A stretch of DNA of 64,000 bases, from positions 8,438,018 through 8,502,017 of the forward strand of contig CM007989.1 in NCBI GenBank assembly GCA_002189035.1. Reading direction: 5' to 3'. The position numbers and the translations under genes are program-made. This DNA is from Utricularia gibba. Taxonomy: Eukaryota > Plantae > Magnoliophyta. The notes under the pieces are model-generated. The model was given only the letters and a program-made list of their open reading frames with translations. It was not told the DNA's origin and searched no databases. Shown one piece after another: positions 10,879 to 24,172 of this stretch (its first letter is position 1; each line of letters opens with the position of its first letter).

Positions 10879-13653
10879 TTAACAATCTTTTAGAACTTTG
10901 AGATTCTTCATCTCTTGTGAAATCACTTTGTCAAGAGCCTGCCTGATCACGCTTGCTGATGGAGCTTTCAGTCCCTTGCACTGTAAACACAAAAGATGTT
11001 CACGCGTCAGCTTCAAATTGCATCTAGTTCAGAATTTCACTACTGTCTATCTTCAGACTATACGAATTTCAAACCTTGGCTTTAATAGTCATGGACAGGA
11101 TCCCATTGACATGGGAGGATTCGACCGTCTGAATGTCCAACTCCAGCTTACTTACCGCCCCCATGAGCTGGACGATCATATTCTCTGTCCAGGAGCATTG
11201 ACTCCCGATCAAAACTTCCTTGTCTAAAACCTGAACTGTTACGTCGTCTGGGGAGGGATCTCTCAACTTTGGTCTCTTGCTTTTGCCTCCGGTTTCATTG
11301 GCGTCATTGGAATTTCTCTTGCTCGTTGAAGGCTTCTTGACATGGCCTATATTGTTTGAGCCATAGTTATCAGACGTCCTCTCAACAGCATCTAGAGGTC
11401 TCTCTAGCTCCATTGCTTCCTTGTAGGACTCTAGCCCTTTCAGTTTCCTTTCCAGCTCTCTCAAGTACTCTATCGTATGATCAAGGATTGAAACTTTGTC
11501 GAACTTTCCACCCGAGGGAATAATAGACCCCAGGATGAGGAAACGTTCGTTTATTTTCTCCCGACGCTTCCGCTCAGACAACACATGATTCCTGTCGGTT
11601 TCTTCAACCTCTTGTGTGGAGTTAGAGCTCTGTTTCACTCCCTCGGACCTGAAATTAACATGCAATCTTGGCACCTCAATAAGCACTTTCTTCAGCAACA
11701 TTTGTGGGGCTACACTGTTGTGTACTTGATCTCCGACAAAGCCATCCCTCCTCCAGCAAACGAAGCTCGATGCGGGGTTGGCATTCCTGAAATATGGCCC
11801 AAGGATCAACTGGTGGGAACTTTTGAGCAAACTCGAGAGCACACCATGGTAGTGTGCATCCATCTCTTTGGTATCATGAGGGTGGTTCCGGTAGCATTCT
11901 AGAGTTCCATTCCTTGCTCCTTTCGGCAGGGCGATTGGCCGGGGATCTTCATAGGTCTGAGAAGCACAGTCACTGGAACTCACTGAGTTGTTCAGACAGT
12001 TGCTGATTGCATCATCCAAGAACTGAAGGTTGAGCATCTGAGAAGGCGTCTCCCCTCCAACACCATCAACCAAGTTTGATGTTTCTCTTAACAGATGGTC
12101 CGAAAAATCATCGGAACAGTTGTTCGGTGAATGTTTATCAGTTGGACAATCAACTGGACACCCCGTTTCATGATCATTGTTGAAAACACCCTCATGGTCA
12201 ATATTCGGATTCTTGAGAAGCACCATCTTCACATGGCGAATCAGATTCATGTCCTCTCGAACCTTCATATATCAACACAACGAAAAAATCACTCAAAGCT
12301 AGATTTCAGAGACCAAAAGCGAGACGCTTATAGATCATACGGGTTGGGATGTTCCCAGCTCCACCACGCCACCTAAGTGAGGAAAGCATACGATTGTCTG
12401 CGACAAGATTATGGCATCCGGTTAGTCATACAAACTTCGGTTTTGGCAGGTGCTCATGCAACAAAAATGAGTACCTTAATAGCTGCACTCTGCAAGACTC
12501 AAGGCAGGGGTCAGTCAGCCAGATATTGCAGAATTCAAACGCAGGAAGAAGAAAACCTTTAGTTCAGTGTAGGAAAACAAGACTTCTAAAAAAGTTGTGT
12601 TTTCCTTCTTGCCTTGGCGAGCAGAGAACGAGAGAAGAATCTTGTATCTGCAGAGTGAGCATTGCACAACCAGATTGCCTCATTCTTGTCCATGGCCATC
12701 CCGGGGAGCCTTCAAAAAGCAATCCCTTGAGCATTAAGACAATGCAGGAAACATATCCTAACGACAAAAGTAATGAAACAAGAATTACCCTTGTCCGATA
12801 TTGAAATTAAATGACATGCAGACCAAGAAAAACCACTCAGCATTTGAGAGATCTTCAGGTATCAAAGCTGCCGTAGGTCGTTTTGCTTGGTTACTGGTTT
12901 CTCCGATTGAAAGGGACTCGTAAAGTTCCCGCAACTGCTCCGTTCTCCGCAGTCCCAGCTGATCTGGATTCCACTCCGCTGACTGAACCGTCTTCCTCGT
13001 TTTAATCTCCCCATTGTAGTACCCATCATACCATTCCAATCTCCTTCAAAGATCCCATTTTTTTTACAATGTCAGTTGAGGAAAAAGGCTGTACTTTCTC
13101 GTCCACTTGGAAGCATTACTATCTCTTCCGATATGGAGACTCTCAAAAGGAAACAGCATCACTATATGAAAGTATGATCCAGAAAAATTATAGAAGATCA
13201 AGCGAGACGCTGCTATGCTACACCCTCAAAAGCAAAAATTTTAACAGAATTCAACCCAACGATTCCCCAAAAACATCTGTGTGAAGGCAAGCTGGATCTA
13301 TGCTTCCTTCACAACTGCACACTCGCTTCATTTGCCCCTCAGAAGAAATATTACACGAAGACAAGAAAAGATGGTACTCGAAGAAAAACAAGATACGCTG
13401 ATTTTCCTTCAAAACCCATGTTGGACCGACGCTTCCATCCACCCCTGATCCTCCTATTATCCTGCTTCCCATTACTGTATACATCTTTTGTTACAGACAC
13501 CGGCAAGTGGGAAATAAGAAAACTGAAAATTTACCCGTGATCTAAAGAGGAGATTGACCAAAAAATTGCATAGCTCCACTGAATACTTCTCACAGCGAGA
13601 GCTAAATGTTTCCTCAGGTTTTGCAGAACCTCTTTCTGGTCTTCAAGTTCCAT
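10879..13653 (-). CDS. DEL: bHLH transcription factor subgroup IIIf (DELILA/GL3/EGL3-like anthocyanin/trichome regulator)
   Basis: Exon 1 MELEDQKEVLQNLRKHLALAVRSIQWSYAIFWS; WYDGYYNGEIKTRK; bHLH NHVLSERKRREKINERF...DKVSILDHTIEYL; last exon CKGLKAPSASVIRQAL, as in Antirrhinum DELILA. Confidence 0.92.
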
Positions 13654-13901
13654 TTTTTAGCACTCTTTTCCAACAGATGAATATATATATACTTCAGATG
13701 GATGGTAGAATAAACAATAGACACAAGAAAACGTACGGATGAACAGCCCTTGTAATCTTCATAAATACCGGTGCATGTTACACAGAAGAAAACTCTAGAG
13801 AGCATGCCAGCTTCTGCCAACCAAAAACAAAAGAAGTATGAATAGAGAATGAAATGGTAAATAGTTGACACCCATAGGACGCCTTCAACAGATCGCTCGT
13901 G

Positions 13902-14216
13902 CTAATCATATGGATATTCAAGTTTTCTTCTTTGATCTTCTCCTACAAAAAATGAATCAAGTTCCCCACGATTTGCCAAGTCCAAAAAAAATGCCTCTTC
14001 AACCTTAGAAGAGTTCAAAGTGATATGCATATCCTCAATAATGGAGGATTGGGGCCCCATCCACCATAACACCTCTGAATTTTCAGACAAAAAAATGAAT
14101 GAAGAGGGAGCAATGTTGACGGACCCCAGGAGCTGTTGTATCGCTTTGTTTTTTTGTAGTGGAAAAATGGAAAACGTATTGAAGCAGTGAGAAGGGAGCA
14201 CATGCATATTGGACAT
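13902..14216 (-). mobile_element. Degenerate RNase H-like (RVT_3) fragment, probable LINE relic
   Basis: FIFLSENSEVL...SIIEDM...LDLANRGELDSF loosely follows the V.FESDS..LV...IIEDI...REAN..AD pattern. It is an isolated, short ORF. Confidence 0.35.
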
Positions 14217-15327
14217 GTGTCCTACTTATCACATCCAACTGCACCCCAGTTTTGTGAAACCTCACGTGCCGCCTAATCCTTACCAAACCGTGGGGACTGA
14301 TAAAGACGGAGCCCCCCCCCCCCCCCCCCCCAGCCCTTACAAGTCAAGCCTTTGCTCCATTTTCAACAGGATCAGAGGGCTGAAATCTATGTAACGGTCA
14401 TTTGTAATTGTTGTTTCGCTCGTGAAAGCAACTCTGAGCACCTCCCCCCACCAACTCATCTTTTGTCATGTCGTACGAACATGTTACACTTCCAGGAGAC
14501 ACATGCGGGTTGTTTTTGTGTTATGCTGCAAAAACATTCAATACTCTCCGAAGAGGATGATACATCCGGTGGTTTTTACAGTTTTATCTTTTCAATCAAA
14601 TGATAAAATACTGTCTCCAGGGGATTTTTACTTCTGATCGCAGTAGTCTCGTGGTCCAGCTCCAGAAGGATGAACATTAGGAACGGCGGCTACCAAAAAG
14701 CAGACGAGTGTTCATTAACTAAAAATAAGTCATCCATCTACACGAGTCTTCATATTAAAGCTACCACCAGGCCCACATAACCAGAAACAAAAAGTATCAA
14801 TAAAATATGGTTGTTTGGGACGAGGCCAGTCATCTTCTGGGCGCCACTTGTCGAACTTCACTACAGACGTGTCTTCCTTTCTGTCCATACATTTCGACTA
14901 CCTTACCTAATAAGCGTGTGGCTGGCGCCTGCAATATATTCTGCTCCCTACAGTGCCCCTTGCACCTGCTAGACGATAGCAGCAGCAGCACTGCACCCAC
15001 GATAGATATACCGCTGTCACTCACAAGTTGGCGTGGCCTTGCGAATGAGCGGACTTGGGAATCACATACAGGAAAGTGGCAAGCGCATCATCCGATCATG
15101 TTCCATGGATGGCTTGCCCCCTAGTAGTCTGTCCTCTGTTATGTTGAAGCAGTCGGGGAGAAGAGGATTCGTCCACATTTGGTGTAACTACTGCGCAGCT
15201 GTAGTTGCCACTTGTTGTCATCAAGGTAGATCTAGAACCCCCAGGGCTTGTCTCCTTGGTGCCAGTTACCTCTTCTTATGTCCTTGTCACTGGATTCCAC
15301 TATTATGTTTCACAAGGGCCTTCCGGC

Positions 15328-17095
15328 CTACACTCGAGCGATGGGAGAGAAGGGTGGGTTTAGGACAAGAGATGGCATGGCTTGTTTGATCGTCAATTTT
15401 GGTTTAAGTCGTTCTTCTTCTTCTGCTATTGCATCCATCAAACTTGCAATCTCCTCCGGAAATACCCGAAGAGAATCACGCAAAGGCTCTCCTCCCTCCT
15501 GATGCAAAGACTCCTGGCTTTTGTATTGACTCAGAATGGTGGAGTTGTTTTCTGCTGAATGAAGGAATGCAATGCAGATCGAGAATGCTTGAAGTGCAGA
15601 TAATTTGGCATCGAAATTTACGGCGTACTTTCCGTCTTCGACTGCGTGAATGGAGAATGCCGGAGGGCCACCTCGTCTTCCCTACAGCCAAAAAAAAAAA
15701 AAAATGCAAAGCTGTAGACAACCAAAAAAAAAAAAAGAAAAAGACAAGATTCTATTGACGGATATCAACGTACATGGTTACCTTATCAAAGAGCATTCCT
15801 GGATGCTCATGATCCATCAAAAACTGCCCTTTCAAAATCTGAGAATCGGGATTTCCATAAACATCCAGTGAGCAAGCCATATCCCATCCTCCACAGTCGC
15901 ATACACCACCAGACCTCCACCTTTCTAGCAAGGATGAGGGACCGCCGCCATCATCGCTCGTCGGGGAACCATGGATTCCAGCAGGGATAACGACACTGAT
16001 CTTTCGAGACTTGCTATCTTCGAATTTCAGGCCCTCTGTTGTCTTGAATGCATCTTGTATGACAACTGCACCTATCTCTAGCTCCGGGCGCATATCCGCC
16101 TCTCTCAGAAGATGAAACTGATCCATGTTCTCATGAAAACCAGGAGGCCCTGATGAACCTCTCCTCGATTGATCAGCATCGTATAGCACGCATTCAGTCT
16201 CTAAGGACTCGATAGAAGCTCCCGTTTCTTTTGTTTCGGTGCAAAGTGAATATGACACAAGCATCTTGCCGACCACAGTTGCTTGCTTGCTGTTGTCTTT
16301 TAACCACCATCCATTAGCATTGCCTTTTCTCCTGCTATGGAAGGTGTAGACCCAAGGCAAGGTGTTATTAGCCTTCCAAGTCCTAGCAACGTAAGATCTT
16401 GCAGTTGATTTAACGGAAAACCCAAAAAACGGACCGCCTTTACGATTTTCGAACAAGAAGACACCGTGGAGGTGGGACGGGGAGGCCATCTCATGCTTCT
16501 CATTCGCTTCACTCCGATGGCTGTAACCCACACAATCCTTCGCAACTTTTGAAGACCTGGACTTGACAAGGTAATCACACCTCTCTTTACTCGTAAAGCG
16601 ATGGCTTTTCGGGGTGGCATCATAAGGTGCAAGAGGACGATGACAATGCAACTCACTTGAAGTACTAGTGCTATGCTCGAATATGGGCAATCTGGACGAC
16701 CTATCCCTTTCCCCCACTGAAATATCCTCGTCCGAACAACACAAAGAGTGGACAATTTCAAGGAATTCTGGTGCGTTTTCCCTCGAGACCTCTATCTTTT
16801 TCCTATCAACAATGCCACCATTTCTCTTGTGTAACCTCACCTCAGTGGAGCATTGATAAACTGATTCTCGTTTCACCTCCTCACTACTCTCGCAAGTGAG
16901 TCTTTTCAGAGCAGCATCTCGACATGATGCACCACGCAAACGATTAAAGCTGATTTCATAGAAGCCATCCTTGAGGCTTTGTGTTTCATTCTCCAAACCT
17001 TGCTCTCCAGTTGATTTTGATTTACTTCGGGCGACACGGAGCACTGTTCTGGGGCTTCCATCCAAAGCGCAGTACTTGTTGAATTCTTCATCCAT
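15328..17095 (-). CDS. DUF3527 domain protein, 2 coding exons
   Basis: Start MDEEFNKYCALDGSPRTVL; GGPSSLLERWRSGGVCDCGGWDMAC; exon 2 YAVNFDAKLSALQAFSICIAFLH...LNPPFSPIARV*. Confidence 0.9.
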
Positions 17096-18405
17096 TCTGA
17101 CTTCTAAGAACAATCATTCCGAACCAGAAAGCGCAAAACCGTGTTCATCAAAACAAGATGCACATGCACCAATGCAGCAAGCAAAACCAGGAGTCTCGGA
17201 TCCACACATTATCTGCACGTACCGCAAACAAATAAAGCAAGAACAAGAACTGTAAAGGAACAGGTATGGATATACACATTTTCCTGAGTTGAAGAAGAAA
17301 AAGGGAGCCACCAAGAAATCAAAATGAAAGCACAGAATCCAATTTTGGGAGCACGTGAACATCACTACCGAGACCCTACACCAAAATACCATAACTACCA
17401 GGGACCCCACCGTTAAGTTTGAGACTCAACATCAGTGTGAAGATTAAGAAAGAAAGATCCAATCTTTATGCTAAAACAACCAGGTTTTCAAGATTACCTT
17501 CAAAAATCAAAGATCTCAATGATAAATTAAGATATTGTTATGCGATCTTGATTTTTCTGTACACAATAAACGGAAAGCATCCCAGCCTTTCACTGGATGT
17601 GTGCCACTGAGAAACCAAAGTTCCATCCACATCTAAACGAGTAAAACTGTTCTCAGCACTAGCACGTTTCCAGCCCTCTACGTCTGTTTCTCAGTGCTTC
17701 AAAAATCACAAAAAAAAAAAAAAACATATGTAACAGGCGTACTCTCTTCAGATCTCAGGGAAATGGAGCCAGAACGAAGCCCGTAAAAGCAATCATTTGA
17801 TAAATCCCTCTCAGGCTTGAAACACTGTACAGAGAACTCGGTAAGCTAAAAAGAAGAGAAAGAAACCGTCAGCGATGGCATAAAACTTTTCACGGCGATC
17901 ATGATCACTCTTTCCCGAGGATGAACAACAAGAGAGTTTCTGGTTCCAAGCTCATCAGAATCATAGAGACCGAACTGACAAGGAGCTGCCACAAGCAGCG
18001 CTAAAAATTCAACCTTTCTTTTGACTCTCATCCCTTCTTGGTTTTCGCACCATTTGCTTTTTGAGGACGTTGCTGTTGGGCAACTGGCTAATGCCATAAA
18101 TACCTCCGGAAACATCCCATCATTTGTGTCTTCGTGGTGGCATTTCAGGTTTTTCCTCCCGGGCTTCTTGTCCAACACAAAATTATCGTTGTCTGCCACG
18201 AGGAAATTCCGGACCTTTTTTTCTTACTTTTGTCGCATGGCGAGCTTTCAGAGTTGTCTAATTTGTCGCCAAGTTTTTTTTTTTTTTTTTACTTGCGGCA
18301 TCAAAGAATGACTTCAAGAATGGTGAGGAAAAAGCAACTCACGGAAGTAGAATAAATATTAGTGTCATTCATGAAATCGAAGACAGAAAAAAACGCTTCT
18401 TTGCC

Positions 18406-21042
18406 TCAATGCATGGCGTCACTCGGGGAAGCATCAGAAGCTGCAGAGGCAGTCGCAGTGGCTGCTATCATCGACTTGGTTTTCTTGGAAGAAATTGGGT
18501 CTTCAAGGGTAATGGTGGAAACGTCATCATCTCTAGAGGCAAGCCATGTTCCCACAAGCAACTCATTCAAACTAAGAGAAACCAACAAACGAAGAAGTTT
18601 AGACAGTGCAAGAGCCGAGATGAAGTTTGTTATCAGAAAGGGCTTATTTGCAAAGCTTACATAATCACTATCTCCATGTCCAGCTCGAATGCTATCTTTC
18701 AGAGCAACTTGTTTCTCGTTGCATCTTTTGCACCCATCATCTGTAATGTGTGGATAAGAAGCAAGAAAGGTTCATGCGTTATGATTGTATTGCCTTCTGT
18801 CTCGATTGGGTTAATGTGACATAAGCAGAGATAAGCATGGCTGGAATGAAAAAAGGACTAGTAAAATTGCTACCTGCATTCGATCTGACTCCTCGGGCTC
18901 CTTGTTCCAATTCCTCTGATGTCAACACGATCTGCATAACCCAGCAAAAGAATAACTATCATGAAAGAAACATATTCTGAACCTTTAAAAAAAACACCAA
19001 AAGAACGGAGTAAAATGTGTAGAAACAGAATAAGCACTGTATAAGGCGATGGGGACGACCCCGTTCAAGGAGAATAACTTGAGATATGTGGCCGATTGAA
19101 ACAAGATCTCTTTGTGAAAATTGTTCAAAGAAGCACACGCTATGGCAATTTATATTGGCACATCATTTCCAACCGCATCTTCAGTACATTGAGACTGAAG
19201 AACACAAGCATATGGTTATGTTGGAACTTAACACCCACAGCATGCCACCATCTTTGTATGCCAAAAACAGAAATGGATCTACGAAACAAGATGGAAGAGG
19301 TAGGACCTTCAACTCTTCCGGTGACATATTAAGCATCTGAGAAGCTTCCAGTTCTCCCTTTAGAAGGCGACTGGCTAAGACAGAATTCTTCTGTCATAAA
19401 AAAGGCAAAATTTATGCCTAGCCAATGCTAAGATAGCCAAAAGAGATCATAAAAATATCTAAAAACTACCTTAAGATGTATAGTTAGTAAGTGCATCTTT
19501 TGGTTATACTTCAGATAATCTAATGAAAATGTCTCATGAGCAGCGCTTTCAAGAGCAGCCACCACATGCACGGCTGCATCTGGCCAGCTTGAAGATGCAT
19601 CACCCTAAGAATTATAGAGTAAAACATCAAGATGATGCACATTGCCAAATGTATAATATCTACATATTAGGAAAAATCTACATATCAGGAAAAATCCACG
19701 TACTTCTACAACTATATCTTCAGATTCAGTTCCCTGCTCCAAAATAGGGTTCTCCTTATTCCCTGCAGGAAAGCAGGAAGCCTGCATCGACTGAAGAAGC
19801 TTCTCCAGCCATTTGTCACGGTGGGTTTCCCCAGTCAGTTTCTTAAAATTTGAAAGAATAGAATAATGCTCTGATAAACCAACATCGGCACTCCAGGGAA
19901 TTTCAGCTTTAATTGATTGACATCTAGCAAGGCCTTCATCTTCATTGGTCACTCTCAAAGATGCCAGTTTGATTTCATGCAGTTTTTTATTCTTCACCGA
20001 GTCTTCACGATCCAATGCAGCATCCTCTGTCCCAAGGTCGAGAAGGTCACCCACTCTTGTGACTGTTTTCTGAACGAGAAGATCAATCTCTTTTTGTTTG
20101 TTATCTTCATAGTCCTTGTCCGTTAGCTTAAAAAGGCGTCTCTGTTCAGTGTCATAAACTCTTTGCACAATGAAACCAGGGTGTTGTTTGCGAGATGGAA
20201 TCTGCTTATTTTGAGGAACAAAATGAACGATGCACTTGTGCATGACGGATTCAGCTGGCACTTCATCCCTGTGGAAACTGTAAAAGAGTTCCCGTACATC
20301 AGCTGATTGCCAGTTTCCACCTACTCGTTTTTCAGCCTCCTCTGGACGATATAACCACTGGCCTGTAACTATTACAGCCCCATCAACCCTCTGTGAAATG
20401 TCCTGTCAAATAGAGAATAGATTCTATACTGAAATACAGTACATAAAAGAGAATGTTAACTAAAAGTCCAGCAGTACGTCTGTATTTTGGTGTCACATTC
20501 CTTATTTAACAGGAATACGAGATTCGAATAAACCGTACCTTGAGTATGGCCACATATGGCTTCTGCTGCATGGACTCAGGGACTAGAAGCACTGAATCCT
20601 CCTAAAACACAAATGGCTTGAATCAGGACAATGTTCCAACATATAGAAGAACGACAACTACGGCATCCATAGGAATTAGGGGAACATTAAAAATCATATA
20701 AAACCTAATATTCCGAAAACAACAAGAGGAATTTAAAGATAAATATGAAAAACATACAAGCTGGAACTGCTGGTTGTCATAATCAAATGCTGTGTAATGC
20801 TTCCGTTTGCCTCTTCCTTTCCCAGAAGTCTTAATGACATTACCAAATGGTTGTGCTAGGGGCTCACCATTCTCACCTCCCACCTCACCCTCATCAGCCA
20901 TCTTCGCGGTGTTCTGCTTATTCAATTCCTCCTCAGATTCCTCCTCATCATGTAGGTGCAGCCTTTTCCACTTCCTTCGACGTTTTTCCTCATTTTTATT
21001 GGTAAGACTTGACGGGAGCTGTGCTAACCTCCGATTTCCCAT
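18406..21042 (-). CDS. BAH-domain + TFIIS central-domain protein (At4g11560-like); C-terminal exons damaged
   Basis: MGNRR...GKGRGKRKHY; BAH VTGQWLYRPEEAEK...RELFYSFHRDEVPAESVMHKC; TFIIS-M KYNQKM...RLLKGELEASQMLNMSPEELK. The last three exons contain indels and a TGA at 18563-18565, so the true end is 18563 or 18406. Confidence 0.85.
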
Positions 21043-22262
21043 GCCAACACTTCAATCTAGAAGTCAGCAACCCCCAAAAGGATATCGCGCTCAGGGAGAG
21101 ATTCAGTCTGATGGGCAATGCTGGAGAACAGCATTATAATGAGCCACGTTGCGTGCATTTCTGAAAAAGATAAAATAAACAAAATTAGAGACCAACCGTC
21201 AGCACTAAGACTACTCCATTACGAACCAATGCAGCGACTTTCCATATCAACAACCATAGTGATAAGGCACCAATAGGAAACAAGTAATGATCGATACCTG
21301 ACCTTTCACCTTTCCGAAGAGTTGTTTGTTAAGTAAAACAAATAAATGAGAGTACAGGGAACGTCAATCATCCGAGAAGAACTTACAGAACATCGTGAAG
21401 GAAAAATTATTCGACTTAGTTTCACTGGCGGAAGTCGAAAATAAAAGCCAGATCGAGTTCAAAACACACAATTATGACAGGGCTACTGACTGTATCAAGT
21501 CGCGGGATGGCTTGTATCAAGTGGATGCCCATCATTTCACTCGAAAATGGAGATATCCAGAAAGCCGCAATCTTCAACAAAACGCAAAATTTCCATCACA
21601 TGGACGCTTTCCCCGGAGGAAACTGATGCAGGAGATATATGTTGGCCCAGAAACCAGGAAGGTACAGCATGAATTTGGATTTCGAAGGCGACGAAGCGAA
21701 GATGTCGAGATCTGCGGTTTTCCTGGGATCGGATTTCTTCTTATAACAGAATTCCCGGATGGAGGTTATTTACAGCAAGGATGTTCTTGAAACGGCAATA
21801 TACATAAATAAAATCATGGGTCTGGTTGTGGTTGTTCTGGTAGCGTTTAAAATGGATTTGAAAAATTCAAAGCTGAATAAAAAAGATGGTATAAATTCCA
21901 CGACAGTCAGTTTGGAGGGAGGGAAGGGCTGCATTCGGTTTTTTCCGCAGTTGGACAGAAGCAATCGAAAAAGGAATGACTCCTGTGGTTTAGATAATAT
22001 TTTTTAACCAGCTCAGTGCACGCCAAAAAATAAAATAGGCTGGCTGCAGGTGCGCCTTTACGATTTCCAACTCTGGCTGCGCCTGTATTTCTAGTGTACA
22101 TTCATGGCATTGTTCTGCTCGAAGCTTCGTGGATGTAATTTCTGGTCTTGCTTCCTTTGCTAACAAAATGCAACAAAACTGGTAAGCAACTTCGACTACG
22201 CTCTCCTGTTGGTCCGGTGAGGTGCTGGTCTCATGACGCCGTGGTTGGAACCAACATGCTTA

Positions 22263-22293
<31 letters not shown>
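22263..22293. repeat. (TGTC)n microsatellite
   Basis: Direct reading of tctgtctgtc... run. Confidence 0.9.
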
Positions 22294-22475
22294 GCCATGA
22301 GCCGCTTGTAATGCGTACTCGGAAGCGAGCCAAGCTTCGAAAGCCCCGGTTGGGATGACGGATTGGATGGGCTTGATACCCATGTTGGGTCCAGTGTCGC
22401 GTTTGTGTTCAAGGGCATGGATGGGTGACCGTAACATTACACAACACAACTACTTTGCATTTTTCCATACGACCA

Positions 22476-24172
22476 TCAGCCAAATTTACACGGAATCGCA
22501 TCCATCATTCCCGCGCGCTGGTTTCTGCGGTGTCCCGGGGATGAGATCTTCTTCCTCCTTTCTCTCTTTGCCCTTCCCCCACACCACCAGGTACAGTCCC
22601 GCTACGATCACCACGCCTCCCAGCACCCTGTCCCATGATTCAAAAAATAAATAAAGCCAGATAGGCCTAGTGTGTTGCGGCGAGTTTGCTTACTTTCCCA
22701 GTGTCATTTGCTCTGCGAAAACAAAGGAGCTCAGGACGGCAACTATGACCATGTTCAGAGGGTTGAAGGCCGTCACAAAGACCGGCCCCTTGTCTTTCAT
22801 CACCACGCCGGAAAGATAGTATGTGATCCCCGATGAAACTATCCCCTGCACTTCAACCTCCTCAGTGCATATATTTGAATATCCAGGGGATTTGTTTGTT
22901 TGTTTGCTCGCTTTTTTCTTTCTAAGAAGCGTATTTGCTGTCTATTATTTGAGTGAGAAACATACCCCGTAGGCATACCCCAATAGCTTCATATCCCATC
23001 CCAATCTCCAAATGGCAGTGTTCCCTCTCTCAGCCACCAGGGTGACGACCGCGCCTAGCAGGGCGCCCATGGTGCATATCAGCGCCGTCAGTGTCAACCC
23101 AGCGCAGTAAGATTTCAGCGTGATCGACTACCGTATCCACAACAAAAGCTTCAATTATTTAGAAAAACTTTTTGGGATGCGTAGAATTACGAGTGTCCCA
23201 CCTGGAGGATGAAGAACAAGGAGTAGCCTAGGCATGCCGCAGAGATCATGATTGCACCCTTGATTGGATCAGGTCGATCGTACGGGTTTTGGTGGGATGG
23301 GACTGTGGAGGGGGGTGAGTCCATGGCAGCCCGATGACATAACCTTTCACGAGTGTCATCACCATCGCCCCACCGAGAGCCACCAACGTCCCCACTATCA
23401 TCGCATGGCTCCTCAGTTTCCTCATATCCACCCTCTCAATCCTGTCCGAAATGTGTAGAAAAGAACTCATCAACTATACCCGCATCAAAAGATCAGCAAG
23501 CACAAGGGTACTCTGTCAATCTTTCATGCTTGTGTTGACAGACTACCAAAATATCGGCATAAAATATGAATAATGTTTTCGGACACCAACCTGAGGATCC
23601 AAGCCACGAGAAAGGTTATCGCCGGAAGAAGGTTGCATAAGGCGGACGTAACCGTCGGGGTCGTGTATTTCATTCCCTCGTAGAACAAGTTCTGTGCGAG
23701 AACGGGGCTGCGTTTTCCAAGTTGTTTGATTTCAGAATTCGGCGTAACGCAAAAACATGGAGGAAGAAAAGACAGAGAAACTGGAGGAGCTATTGGAGAG
23801 AACCGTACTCTAGAAACCCGAGCAGCATGATCTTCAGGAAGACTCCCAGCGTCATTGGAGGCCTGGATTTCCTGCCACCCGTAAACACAGGTTCAATAAA
23901 GATGAAATAAGTTGCTCCAGATAACATCAATCAAACAGAAAGAGACATTTTGTTCGACTTTGAAATCCTAACCTCTCACAGATCAAAGCAAAGGGCGCCA
24001 AAACGATAGCGGCGACGGTGCTCCGGTACAGCGCAAATGTGTAATGGTTGGAGCCCTGGTTCAACGCCGCCTTTGCAACAAGAGCGAAGCCAGCGTACCC
24101 GAATTGCAAGAGGATGACATAAAGAAAAGGCCTCAAGTTTTTGAGAAACTTGGAGTTGAGATTGAGGTCCAT
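22476..24172 (-). CDS. WAT1-related/UMAMIT (nodulin MtN21, EamA) transporter, copy A, 7 exons; one apparent -1 frameshift at 23310-23315
   Basis: LQFGYAGFALVAKAALNQG; PVLAQNLFYEGMKYT; GTLVALGGAMVMTL; KGPVFVTAFNPL; GLYLVVWGK. Confidence 0.88.

Noticed and set aside
13280-13312. Short hairpin GTGAAGG...CCTTCAC in bHLH intron 1 with a vague miR167 resemblance
   Set aside because: The stem is too short for a pre-miRNA and does not match the mature miR167 sequence.
14807-15124. ORF with faint F-box-associated-like words (ERTWESHTGKW)
   Set aside because: Similarity is too weak to support a call, and it lies in the 3' flank of the DUF3527 gene.
21395-22007. Several 60-130 aa ORFs upstream of the BAH gene
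   Set aside because: No recognisable motifs. The region has the composition and splice signals of a 5' UTR/promoter.
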